A stretch of DNA of 52,492 nt, taken from the IMG/VR virus record IMGVR_UViG_3300042922_000373, positions 1 to 52,492 of that record. The stretch is one strand, 5' to 3'. Source of the DNA: a virus. Taxonomy: Duplodnaviria; Caudoviricetes. Position 1 is the stretch's first letter; the number at the start of each line of letters is the position of its first letter. The translations under genes and the position numbers were made by a program. The notes beneath the pieces were generated by a model, which did not search any database, was not told the DNA's origin, and saw only the letters and a program-made list of their open reading frames with translations. Below, piece after piece: positions 1 to 8,075 of the stretch.

Positions 1-47
1 CCTTCGCCAGCGCTCGTGCGTGGTTCTGGATGTTCTTGTCGCGGCGC

Positions 48-242
48 TTAGCCAATGTACGTTCCTTTTCTGCCCTTGGGGAGCTTGAATGTTGCGTCGG
101 GGTGCTCGATCATGATGGCGATCAAGCGGTACTGCCACTCAGTGAGGGTGAGGCCGAGCTCTTCCTGTGCGAACACACAGATGGACTCAGCTTTCTCCTC
201 AGATTCTTTTGATACGTTAAGCGGTGGGAGACTGGATGCCAT
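48..242 (-). CDS. hypothetical protein
   Basis: ORF 48..299; ATG at 242 follows a purine-rich stretch and overlaps the helicase 3' end. Confidence 0.5.
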   Translation of the reverse strand: MASSLPPLNVSKESEEKAESICVFAQEELGLTLTEWQYRLIAIMIEHPDATFKLPKGRKGTYIG

Positions 243-1647
243 CGCGCTCTTCCCTTCGTTGTTCGGCGGTCTTCTTCTGTTCTTCGGTGAACGGGCCACC
301 AGGGCAGAACCATGGCCCCATTCCGTCGTCCCACTCGTGCGGGTCGTGCTTATCCAGGTCGATACAGATCTCCTGGAAGAGGAGCTTGGTGTTGGTCACC
401 TTCTCCTTAGGAATCTCAAACCCCATCGCGAACTTGGACTTGCCTTCGTTAAACGTTCGCTTTTGAGCCAGAGATTTAGCGATTGCTTGGTCGATCGCAG
501 AGTCACTCCGTAGAAGGTAGTACCAGAGATCAGTGTACGGGGTGTCGAGGCGGTCAATACGCCCTTGCGCCTGCTCGAAGATCTTGAACGAATACGTCTG
601 CGAGTAGAAGAGCTCCGTATCAGTGGTAATACAGTTCCAGCCTTCGGCCCCAGCCGTATACTGCACCAGATATACCCACCGGTCACCCTGTGGTACTGCT
701 TCGTGCTTGTGTCCATTCCACTCCCTTACCTCGATGTCTAGCGTGGATGCGATCGTCCGCAACATGTCCAACTCGTAGTTGAAGTTGTAGAAGACGATCA
801 GCTTCGGGTGCTCCTCGAGGGTCTTGAGGACTTGGCCCAGACGGCTGGTATCGCTGTTGACGATCTTCCGCATTACTATGAAGAGCTCACCCACGTCTCG
901 AAGGGGACGGTCCTCGTACACGTGCCATCGCTTCTTAACCGCGAGATCAAAGAGCTCAGTGTCGTGCGCGACGATGACGTTCTTGAGGTGACGGGTGGTG
1001 TGTCGGTTGTACGGCATCTCGACAAGGACTTGATGTCGAAGCCGCTTGAGGTGGTGCTCCTCCATGTAGTGCGAGACCTTGGGGAACTTGGTGTAGTTGC
1101 TGTACGCCACATGACGCCGCTTGAACTCGGTGATGTTCTTATAGAAGCCGTGAGCGATGAATACGGGTGCGTAATCCAACCACACGTCCCCGGGTGTCGC
1201 GCTGAGCAAGATCCACTCGTTGTTCTCTGCGATCTTGTGGAAGGCCTTAACCCAAGCGCCTGAGCCCACAAGACGTTGCTCATCGAATATGAAGAAGGCA
1301 TTCTCAATGGCAGCATAGTTGCCAATATTGTTCCACGAATCGACTGTAACGCGAATTCCTCCTGCTGAGAGAGCCGGGTCCCCGAATAGGCCAAATGGTG
1401 CAGCCTCTCCAAGCCAATCGAGATCGTCACGTTTCTTTGCCGTTGTGATGACGTATAGATCTCTAGGGCTCTCGACAGGCCCCCAATCGCCTCGACCATT
1501 AATCGGAACTTTTGCTCCGCAGACTTCAAGGAAGAAGTAAGCGAGGGCAGCGCGAGTCTTACCCGATCCAACTCCGCCTCTGAGTACACAGCCATTATGC
1601 ATCTCTCCTAGTGCTTTAAGTTGATGCGGTCCTAGTTCAACTGCCAC
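217..1647 (-). CDS. SF2 (SNF2/DEAD-like) DNA helicase
   Basis: GGVGSGKT Walker A, FIFDEQ Walker B, LSATP motif [11 protein letters not shown] motif VI. Confidence 0.9.
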   Translation of the reverse strand: MAVELGPHQLKALGEMHNGCVLRGGVGSGKTRAALAYFFLEVCGAKVPINGRGDWGPVESPRDLYVITTAKKRDDLDWLGEAAPFGLFGDPALSAGGIRVTVDSWNNIGNYAAIENAFFIFDEQRLVGSGAWVKAFHKIAENNEWILLSATPGDVWLDYAPVFIAHGFYKNITEFKRRHVAYSNYTKFPKVSHYMEEHHLKRLRHQVLVEMPYNRHTTRHLKNVIVAHDTELFDLAVKKRWHVYEDRPLRDVGELFIVMRKIVNSDTSRLGQVLKTLEEHPKLIVFYNFNYELDMLRTIASTLDIEVREWNGHKHEAVPQGDRWVYLVQYTAGAEGWNCITTDTELFYSQTYSFKIFEQAQGRIDRLDTPYTDLWYYLLRSDSAIDQAIAKSLAQKRTFNEGKSKFAMGFEIPKEKVTNTKLLFQEICIDLDKHDPHEWDDGMGPWFCPGGPFTEEQKKTAEQRREERDGIQSPTA

Positions 1648-1757
1648 GTGATCCTATTCTCCAATGTGCTCTAGGCATAAGCTGGGGACAGCCGGTGCAG
1701 TAGAACAGAACCACTGACGACAGTACTTGCTTGACCTTCCATTTGTGCGTGTGGCCG

Positions 1758-2120
1758 CTAGCGGCGAATCGCTTTCTTGATCGTGAGATTGGCGACGGTG
1801 CAGTCGCTCTGGTCTCCGTTGAGGAAATCGACCCCAACCCCAGGCTTCCAATTGAGGAAGAAGACTGATGCGACGAGCAGGTGCACGAACACGTCATATC
1901 GCTTTCCTTTCCGATAGAGGTAGACACGGTGGAAACCATCGGAATCCACACGGACTCGGAGGTCTTTCCCGCTCTTGACGTTTACTACTCGGCCGTAATT
2001 GCTGACAGCGTAGGTCCCGAGACCGTCGATGCCTTGCCAGTACTCGTCCATCACCGGCGGCTCTTCCGGGGGATTGGACATGTTGAGGGTGATGAATGAG
2101 ATGTGGCTTGGTTTGGCCAA
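1758..2120 (-). CDS. NUMOD4-HNH homing-endonuclease-like protein, degenerate active site
   Basis: WQGI..Y.VSNYGRV (NUMOD4); VHLLVA..F...VDFLNGD..D..VANL (HNH-like, catalytic His position is F). Confidence 0.75.
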   Translation of the reverse strand: MAKPSHISFITLNMSNPPEEPPVMDEYWQGIDGLGTYAVSNYGRVVNVKSGKDLRVRVDSDGFHRVYLYRKGKRYDVFVHLLVASVFFLNWKPGVGVDFLNGDQSDCTVANLTIKKAIRR

Positions 2121-2124
2121 AGTA

Positions 2125-2607
2125 CTACTCCTCTATGAACTCAAATGAATAGCCCATGTGGGATCTGCGTTCGCCACGCAGCACACGGTAGATACTGCTG
2201 TAATCCCCTCCGATATAGCGTGCCAAGTCCCTGACAGACTTGAACACTTGACCGGTCTGCTTGATGCGGACGGGCTTACCCCACGGTTCTTGCCGATCTC
2301 GGCGTATTGGTCGGTGGTCGTGAAGCCGTACCGACACATTAGTCACTCTGTTATCAGTTTGATCACCATTCACATTCTTAACAACAGCCCCATCTCGATA
2401 ATGGGGGTTGAAAGCTTGGGCTACAAGCCTGCGGATATAGAACTGTCGTACTCGGCCCCGGTGAGAAAGGGCGACTCGGAGATGTCCCTCGCTATTTGGA
2501 CTGGCTGCCAACTTCTTGCCGGTCTTGCGGTTAAGGACTTCCCCGTAATTACTCACAACGTAGTTCGGGTAGTCAGCAACTTCTACCCAGACTTCATCAA
2601 TGTCCAA
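2125..2607 (-). CDS. NUMOD4-HNH-NUMOD1 protein, degenerate active site
   Basis: WVEV.DYPNYVVSNYGEV; RRLVAQAF...VKNVNGDQTDNRVTN; C-terminal FKSVRDLARYIG...IYRVL HTH. Confidence 0.75.
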   Translation of the reverse strand: MDIDEVWVEVADYPNYVVSNYGEVLNRKTGKKLAASPNSEGHLRVALSHRGRVRQFYIRRLVAQAFNPHYRDGAVVKNVNGDQTDNRVTNVSVRLHDHRPIRRDRQEPWGKPVRIKQTGQVFKSVRDLARYIGGDYSSIYRVLRGERRSHMGYSFEFIEE

Positions 2608-2639
2608 CGATTTGCTCCAGGCGCTCTATTCAGTTGTGG

Positions 2640-3011
2640 TCAGTTGTACTTGATACCATCGGGCGACTCCGGAGGCCAATCGGGAATGAAGGGTTCGATG
2701 TAGAGAGTCTCTGGGATACTGTCGCCCCGCAACACGTGCTGCTCTCGATCTTCGAATGTCTTGATCTCGTCGCGCTCGAAGACATTGCGGACCTGCTTGA
2801 TCTCGAGATAGCCCTTGCGACTGTCGGCGATCACATCCCCTTGATCATCGTAACGAGGGCCGTCAGCATCGTAACAGTTCGCATGTTGGTACTGCGTGTC
2901 GCTGAGGAGCGGTTCGAAGCCGTCGCCTTCGCGGATGTCCCCCATGATGTAGTTCTTGACGACACGTTGCCCTTTCTTGACTTCGCGCCGGCAGTTGGTA
3001 CAAATGTCCAT
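2640..3011 (-). CDS. hypothetical protein with CxxC...HxxC motif
   Basis: ICTNC...YQHANC; purine-rich RBS upstream. Confidence 0.65.
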   Translation of the reverse strand: MDICTNCRREVKKGQRVVKNYIMGDIREGDGFEPLLSDTQYQHANCYDADGPRYDDQGDVIADSRKGYLEIKQVRNVFERDEIKTFEDREQHVLRGDSIPETLYIEPFIPDWPPESPDGIKYN

Positions 3012-3196
3012 TCTTCTTCTTTCTTGACGGGGATGTAGTTGAGGAGGTTGCGCAAATCCGATGTGCGCCCAGGCCCCAACTGAATAACAACAGCGCCATG
3101 TTGCATCTCTGCAGCACCGCCCTGCGGATCGATGACCATGCGCAGTCGCTCGCCATCGGTCTGGGCATAGAACCCATTGGAGGAGGTGAAGCTCAC
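2831..3196 (-). CDS. hypothetical protein
   Basis: GTGA start/stop overlap with the upstream gene; its 3' part overlaps the next gene by ~180 nt. Confidence 0.5.
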   Translation of the reverse strand: MSFTSSNGFYAQTDGERLRMVIDPQGGAAEMQHGAVVIQLGPGRTSDLRNLLNYIPVKKEEEWTFVPTAGAKSRKGNVSSRTTSWGTSAKATASNRSSATRSTNMRTVTMLTALVTMIKGM

Positions 3197-3423
3197 TTAA
3201 TCCCTCCGCTAACAGACACCACGATGATCATGAGCGCCATGTACCCCAGTGCCCACCATCCGGCCGCACTCATGTTGCCCGAGGCCCACGCAGTGAGAAC
3301 ACCGCCTACGATGCTCATGATGATGATCACCGACGCTGCCAGAAGCAGGAACTTCATCGGACTCATGACGAGGATGCTGTCCTCGAGCCGGTCATACCAC
3401 GTAGATATCTTCTTCAATACCAC
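3193..3423 (-). CDS. small membrane protein (2 TM)
   Basis: TTGAAAGGAG RBS, GTG at 3423; two hydrophobic stretches. Confidence 0.7.
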   Translation of the reverse strand: MVLKKISTWYDRLEDSILVMSPMKFLLLAASVIIIMSIVGGVLTAWASGNMSAAGWWALGYMALMIIVVSVSGGIK

Positions 3424-3443
3424 GGTTTCTCCTTTCAAGAGAG

Positions 3444-3514
3444 TGGAGGGGTCGCACCAACCCGGATGTCAAAGCGACTCGATTCATCCGTTTATGAGTA
3501 GTCAATACGACCCC
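3444..3514 (-). ncRNA. CCA-terminated stem-loop RNA (acceptor-stem mimic candidate)
   Basis: 15-bp stem GGGGTCGTATTGACT/GGTTGGTGCGACCCC with G-U wobbles, followed by TCCA; inner stem CGGATG/CATCCG. Confidence 0.5.
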
Positions 3515-3516
3515 AG

Positions 3517-3605
3517 TATCTCTAGTGGGATTTGAACCCACGACCTGCCCGCCTCGCTGCCCCAATGAGGACCATGGCTGCTCTGCCAAACTGAGCTATA
3601 GAGAT
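3517..3605 (-). tRNA. tRNA-like RNA with an expanded anticodon arm (pseudo-tRNA, possible CAT anticodon)
   Basis: Acceptor stem ATCTCTA/TAGAGAT, TA-GCTC-AGTTTGGCA-GAGC D arm, AGGTC variable loop, GTGGG-TTCAAAT-CCCAC T arm; anticodon region is 32 nt instead of 17; no encoded CCA. Confidence 0.7.
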
Positions 3606-3840
3606 GGCCAGCCAGGTAAGAGTCCCTCCCAATTACCTGACGAACGGGAGGACCGGAGTATAGTTGCCAGATCTGTTCACCCCCCGGCTACTAAGATAAG
3701 GCATATCACTCCGGCCGTCCCGGGTTTCCATATGGCGTCCTTACTACTACCCGGCTTAGTTGTCCGGGCCAATCGAGTTAGGTCGCCTAATTAGCGCTTA
3801 CATGATTCCTCCAAGTTCGCAGGCTAAATCTCTGACGTTT

Positions 3841-3893
3841 AAAAGAATGAGAATACGGGGTGAAGTCAAGTGTAAGACCTTAACTCCACCCCG
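3841..3893 (-). terminator. strong hairpin, possible intrinsic terminator or RNA domain
   Basis: CGGGGTGGAGTTAAG/CTTGACTTCACCCCG 15-bp stem followed by TATTCTCATTCTTTT. Confidence 0.55.
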
Positions 3894-4038
3894 CCGGATC
3901 TCTCGTTACCCCCGTCGGGATAAGCTGAATCCTACTAGCTCTTCCAACCAATAACCGGATCAGGGCCTAGTCGGAATCGTTGTCTTTGACACAGGGGCTT
4001 TGGATCTTGTCTATTTCAACAAGTGCATATGTCGCTAA

Positions 4039-4142
4039 CATCACGTAATGGTGTTTACTGGTGTGTTGTCTTTAAACGGCTCACGATTTCCGTCCCATTA
4101 CCGCTCTGAGCTTAAGATGCTGTTTAGCCTCGCTCAGACGAG
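4039..4142 (-). ncRNA. pistol self-cleaving ribozyme
   Basis: P1 CTCG/CGAG; pseudoknot TCTGAG/CTCAGA; TAAACAG linker; P2 CATC/GATG; TTAAG; GCG; P3 GTAATGG/CCATTAC; G^T cleavage site at 4044/4043. Confidence 0.9.
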
Positions 4143-4145
4143 TTG

Positions 4146-4394
4146 TTACTTGGTCTTGAAGACGGCCTTGAAGCCTTCCTCGGACCAGGCCGTGACACCG
4201 GACGGCTCCACCACGACCCAGTCACCCTTGCGGAGACGAGTCGAGGAACTGTCAGTGCTCACGGAGACCCAGTTCCCACCGTTGCGAGCGTTCTCGCCGG
4301 CGTCCTTGACGAACTGGACTACGGCCGCTCCGTTGGATCCGTCGAACTGGATCGCGGTTGCGGCGACGGGCTTGCGAGTGACCTGGATCGTCAT
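4146..4394 (-). CDS. hypothetical protein, 'KP..A.Q...GDW...F' paralog family
   Basis: RKPVAATAIQFDGSN...KGDWVV...EGFKAVF; ATGA coupling with the upstream gene. Confidence 0.75.
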   Translation of the reverse strand: MTIQVTRKPVAATAIQFDGSNGAAVVQFVKDAGENARNGGNWVSVSTDSSSTRLRKGDWVVVEPSGVTAWSEEGFKAVFKTK

Positions 4395-4744
4395 GCTGCC
4401 ACGTACTCCGCTGCGAATGCCTCCGCCTTGACCCGGACGAACTCCGCGCCTGCCTTCTCGCGGTGATCTTCGCCGGCTGCGAAGTCGATCTTGAGGATGG
4501 TGTCGCCGACGGTGGCCACTCGCCAGTCGCGCTTGCCCCAGTTCTCGCCGTAGTTGCGCTGGAGCAGACGGACACGAGCCGGCCGAGTGCGCTCCTGGAA
4601 GATGCGGACCCCGTGACCGTTGGCCGCTCCGCCATGCCGGTTGATCCAGGCGACGATCTCTTCGACGTTGTCCTCGGTGACGGTGATCGCTCGGACGATC
4701 TTGTGGCTGCCCTTGTCGCGGACTGCCTTGGTACGAATTGCCAT
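4391..4744 (-). CDS. hypothetical protein, same paralog family
   Basis: RAITVTEDNVEEIVAW...VGDTILK...EAFAAEY; AGGAG RBS. Confidence 0.75.
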   Translation of the reverse strand: MAIRTKAVRDKGSHKIVRAITVTEDNVEEIVAWINRHGGAANGHGVRIFQERTRPARVRLLQRNYGENWGKRDWRVATVGDTILKIDFAAGEDHREKAGAEFVRVKAEAFAAEYVAA

Positions 4745-4756
4745 ACTTTCTCCTTG

Positions 4757-5191
4757 TTAGATGGGTGCGACTTCTCGGAAGAGAATGCCGCCGTTGAGTA
4801 GCTCCGTGATTGCGTCGCTAACCTGGTCCGGAGCGAACCCCTGGGTAGCAAGAATGTCCCGAACTTTGTAGAGCGTGTTCTCCGTGTGGTACTCCGGAGT
4901 CGGCAGAACCTGGTACTTCTCGTTCCACTCCTCCACAGATATCACCATGACGCCGCCCTGACCCATGACGATCATCGGCGGAATGTCATCCGGAGAGACA
5001 GTGAACCGAGCGAGTCGAGTCGCTTGGTCCTCGGTTGCTCGGGTGAACGTGTACTCGGTGAACCCACGCATGTAGTTTGTCGTCTGGGTCACCTCAGTGG
5101 CACCCATCCACGCCGAGATACTGATCAGGTTGTTGGGATCGAAAACCCGTGCCTGGAAGGGATCCGGCTTGAGTATTGCGTTGAGCGTCAT
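4757..5191 (-). CDS. hypothetical protein, same paralog family (diverged)
   Basis: LKPDPFQARVFDPNNLISISAW...EEWNEKY; AGGAG RBS. Confidence 0.7.
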   Translation of the reverse strand: MTLNAILKPDPFQARVFDPNNLISISAWMGATEVTQTTNYMRGFTEYTFTRATEDQATRLARFTVSPDDIPPMIVMGQGGVMVISVEEWNEKYQVLPTPEYHTENTLYKVRDILATQGFAPDQVSDAITELLNGGILFREVAPI

Positions 5192-5200
5192 GCTTTCTCC

Positions 5201-5821
5201 TTATCTGTCGTAGACGGGCTGGATCTCACTGGCCATGCGAGCACGCTGTTCGGCCTTGAGGGCGTCTCCGTTGGGACCGTGGACAGTCTGCTCGGAGCGC
5301 TTGGTCGTAACCTGCTCTCCTCGCTTGATGTCCTCGACGTTCCAGTACGTCACGCCGGCGTCAGTCGACATGAAGCGGCTGTCCCGACGGTTCTGCCAGA
5401 TGGAGTTCTTGCCGTCCCACAGTTCCGGGGCGTGTTTCTGCCACTCCGAGGGGTCGTCGGTGATCGGCGTGAGCGTCTGGTGCGAGAGAAGCTTGTTGAC
5501 GAGCTCTCTCGTATACAGTGCCGAGCTTCCCGAGTGACCCATGGAAGCGAAGATGGTGATGATCTCGAGGATCTTGTTGTTGAAATCCGGGTGGATCTCG
5601 TTGTTGTCGCCGCCCAGTCGGGCGAGCTCCGCTTTGGCATGACGGAACAGGTTGCTGTCCGGCTCCGGGGGCTCCAGGCCAGCAAGCGTAGCCTGCTCAT
5701 CGCGGATCTGCTTGTTGGTGAAGGCGCTGCATTCGCAGGTGCTCATAACACACTGGCCTGCACCGTCGTGGGCATGGTTCCGACTCATGTGACCGCAATC
5801 ACAATATGGGTTGTTAGCCAT
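5201..5821 (-). CDS. hypothetical protein with N-terminal Cys/His motif
   Basis: CDCGH...H...C...CEC; MGHSGSSA...LTPITDDPSEW...WQNRR; GAGGA RBS. Confidence 0.75.
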   Translation of the reverse strand: MANNPYCDCGHMSRNHAHDGAGQCVMSTCECSAFTNKQIRDEQATLAGLEPPEPDSNLFRHAKAELARLGGDNNEIHPDFNNKILEIITIFASMGHSGSSALYTRELVNKLLSHQTLTPITDDPSEWQKHAPELWDGKNSIWQNRRDSRFMSTDAGVTYWNVEDIKRGEQVTTKRSEQTVHGPNGDALKAEQRARMASEIQPVYDR

Positions 5822-6038
5822 CTACTACTTCCTCGTATTTCTTGATGAACTTCTCGTTGCGCATGGGGTAGAACCGACCGCCGGCCTTGATGACCCACCA
5901 GTTGTATCCAGCGTTGATGAACCTGCTGTAGGTCCCCTCGAAGATGATGAGCATCTCGGAGTGGATGACTTTCGCGATGCCAGGCTGTCCCTCACACCAA
6001 GCAGCTACCTGCTCGAAGTTGGTTAGCTTGATCTGCAT
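5814..6038 (-). CDS. hypothetical protein, same paralog family (start uncertain)
   Basis: EAMQIKLTNFEQVAAW...WVIKAGGRFYPMRNEKFIKKYEEV; family similarity extends upstream of the ATG at 6038. Confidence 0.65.
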   Translation of the reverse strand: MQIKLTNFEQVAAWCEGQPGIAKVIHSEMLIIFEGTYSRFINAGYNWWVIKAGGRFYPMRNEKFIKKYEEVVDG

Positions 6039-6051
6039 CGCCTCGATCGGG

Positions 6052-6390
6052 TCAGTCGCCCTCGGTCGGAACCGGGTCGGTCCACTCTGAGGCGTCTGCG
6101 ACTGTCTCGGGCTGGGGGATGAGGTCGGGGGCATAAAGGCTGTTGTACTCCATTTCGTGCATGAGGGCGATGACCCCGCCGTCCCAGACGAGGTAGTCAC
6201 CAACGATCAGTTCCGCGATGAGAGTCTCGTCGACCTCGAGCTTGACGACGTCACCGGTGGGGGCCATGAGCAAGACACCCGTGACCTGAGGGATGTACTG
6301 ACGCATCCAGACGACAACGGCCTTGGCACTCTCGACGTTGTTGGTGAACTGAATCGCCTGCGGGGGAAGGGACACTTCTTGTTCGGTCAT
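6052..6390 (-). CDS. hypothetical protein, same paralog family
   Basis: QAIQFTNN..AVVVW...VGDYLVW...EYNSLY; GGAG RBS. Confidence 0.75.
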   Translation of the reverse strand: MTEQEVSLPPQAIQFTNNVESAKAVVVWMRQYIPQVTGVLLMAPTGDVVKLEVDETLIAELIVGDYLVWDGGVIALMHEMEYNSLYAPDLIPQPETVADASEWTDPVPTEGD

Positions 6391-6451
6391 TTTTCTCCAG
6401 AGGGAAGGGTGGGGGCAACCATGTCAGCTACCCCCACCGGTGTTGTGATGA

Positions 6452-6985
6452 TCAGGCGATGCGCGTGGTCCCGGCGAGCGGGATGTGTGCGTAGTCCTGC
6501 TCCAGGTCGTCCTCCTGGATGGTGATGTACACCTTCTTGAGGTAGGCCGCGAAGCCCTGGTTCCCGCCGAAGTCGTAGTACGACGCGTTGATGATCAGGT
6601 CGATCTTGACGATGTCGGACTGGTCCACGATGAACGCGGTGTCCCGGCTGAGCAGCGTCCGGACCTCGCCCGTCACCAGCTGGATCTGGGGCGCCTTGGA
6701 CTCGTACTCGAAGTTGACCTTGACGTCGAGGAACGGACGGGGGACGAAGTTCTCGACCTCCTCGACCGACGCTTCACGCCACGGCTTGGTCTCCTTGACG
6801 TTCCAGCCGGCGTCGGCCATGTCACGAGCGACGTCCTCGGGAAGCATGAGTCGGAACCCACGGCTGCTCTCGCCTGCCGGCTTGAAGCGCGTCGCACGAC
6901 CCTCGAAGTTGATGTACTGGAGCTCGGCGTTGCGGACGGTGACGTCGGCGGGGGTGTCGGGCTGGTTGGGGTTACGGGGTGCCAT
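6452..6985 (-). CDS. putative ssDNA-binding protein
   Basis: NFEG...F.L......GWNVK...DLIIN...AYLKK pattern, beta-rich with acidic C-terminal segment, in the replication module; AGGAG RBS. Confidence 0.5.
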   Translation of the reverse strand: MAPRNPNQPDTPADVTVRNAELQYINFEGRATRFKPAGESSRGFRLMLPEDVARDMADAGWNVKETKPWREASVEEVENFVPRPFLDVKVNFEYESKAPQIQLVTGEVRTLLSRDTAFIVDQSDIVKIDLIINASYYDFGGNQGFAAYLKKVYITIQEDDLEQDYAHIPLAGTTRIA

Positions 6986-7358
6986 CAGTTTTCTCCTTGT
7001 TGTTGATGTAGTTCCGCATGTCTGCGGCGAATACCTTTGCGGCATCCAGGTTGGGATCGGGCGTCATTTGGAACCCGATCGAGTGGTCGTTGATGATGTG
7101 AAAGCCCATCGCTTCGAACACGTCGCGGTCGATCCTCATCGAGATCCCGCCCTTGTTGTCTATGATGGTGCTCTCACCGATCTGATGCCATTCACCGTCA
7201 CGCATCTGCATGAGCGGTACGACATCCCCGACATTGGTGATTTCCGCACCCTCGGGTATTACGGGGAGGCAGTTCCCTCTAAGGGAACCATCGGCCTGGA
7301 CTACTTCTCCGCAATCCAGGCCGCGGTCCTCTGCTGGTCCGTGATTATGAACCGTCAT
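6972..7358 (-). CDS. hypothetical protein
   Basis: ORF coupled with its neighbours. Confidence 0.65.
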   Translation of the reverse strand: MTVHNHGPAEDRGLDCGEVVQADGSLRGNCLPVIPEGAEITNVGDVVPLMQMRDGEWHQIGESTIIDNKGGISMRIDRDVFEAMGFHIINDHSIGFQMTPDPNLDAAKVFAADMRNYINNKEKTDGTP

Positions 7359-7587
7359 TGCCTTCTTTCTCGAGATCCTCGGTAGAAGAGGCTGGGGCGG
7401 TGATGCCGATACCGGTCAGATCTGCGTGATGCAAGAACTTCCCGATGATGGCACCCTCGTCGGGTCCCAGAACGATCGTTGTCGGTTTGTGGCCCTCGTT
7501 GCTGACCACTCTGGCTTCGCCGACCCCGGGGCCCTCCTTGAGGTACACCGGCACGATCTTCACCGAAACCTGCTTCTTACCATGCAT
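7345..7587 (-). CDS. hypothetical protein
   Basis: AAAGGAG RBS upstream of ATG. Confidence 0.65.
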   Translation of the reverse strand: MHGKKQVSVKIVPVYLKEGPGVGEARVVSNEGHKPTTIVLGPDEGAIIGKFLHHADLTGIGITAPASSTEDLEKEGNDGS

Positions 7588-7602
7588 CTTGTCTCCTTTG
7601 TC

Positions 7603-8046
7603 TTAGGCTTTTGCCTCCTCCGTCTCCTTCGGAGCTTCGATCCGCTGCCGGGTTTCGGCGAAGGGGTCGGACGGGTCATTCTTGAAGTCCACCCAGAGCT
7701 CCGTGACCGGGGCCGAGGGGGTGTACTCGTTGATGAGGTCCTGGCCGAAACTCGGAAGCAGAACGCGCTCCAACACGCGATCCTTCTCCCGGAGCTTCTG
7801 TGCCCTCTTCGTGTAGCGGTGACCACGAGACCGCTCGCGCTGTGCTCTGCGCAAGTGTTCCGTCTCGTAACGGTTTGCGTTGAGTGCGACGCCGATCAGG
7901 TAGTCCTCCCCAGAGCTCTCTGCGATCCGATCCAGAAGGATCGTGCATTCCTCTCGGTAGTTCCGCCACTCGGCGAGGTACTCATCCGACTTCCTGTAGT
8001 GCTCCTCGGCACGAGCCTCGAGCGCGGGGATGTCCAGCTTGTTCAC
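7603..8046 (-). CDS. hypothetical protein
   Basis: GAGGA RBS, GTG start. Confidence 0.65.
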   Translation of the reverse strand: MNKLDIPALEARAEEHYRKSDEYLAEWRNYREECTILLDRIAESSGEDYLIGVALNANRYETEHLRRAQRERSRGHRYTKRAQKLREKDRVLERVLLPSFGQDLINEYTPSAPVTELWVDFKNDPSDPFAETRQRIEAPKETEEAKA

Positions 8047-8075
8047 TTATATAGTTCCTCTTGTTCGGGGATGGA

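Noticed and set aside
3444-3514. Theta/HDV-like ribozyme at the 3' end of the tRNA-like RNA
   Set aside because: The position fits, but the nested double pseudoknot, the P1.1 GG and the catalytic C junction could not be built
3815-3852. Plus-strand copy of the 27-bp motif (TTCGCAGG...AATGA)
   Set aside because: Wrong spacing, lacks the internal AC and TATA, and is opposite to all other copies
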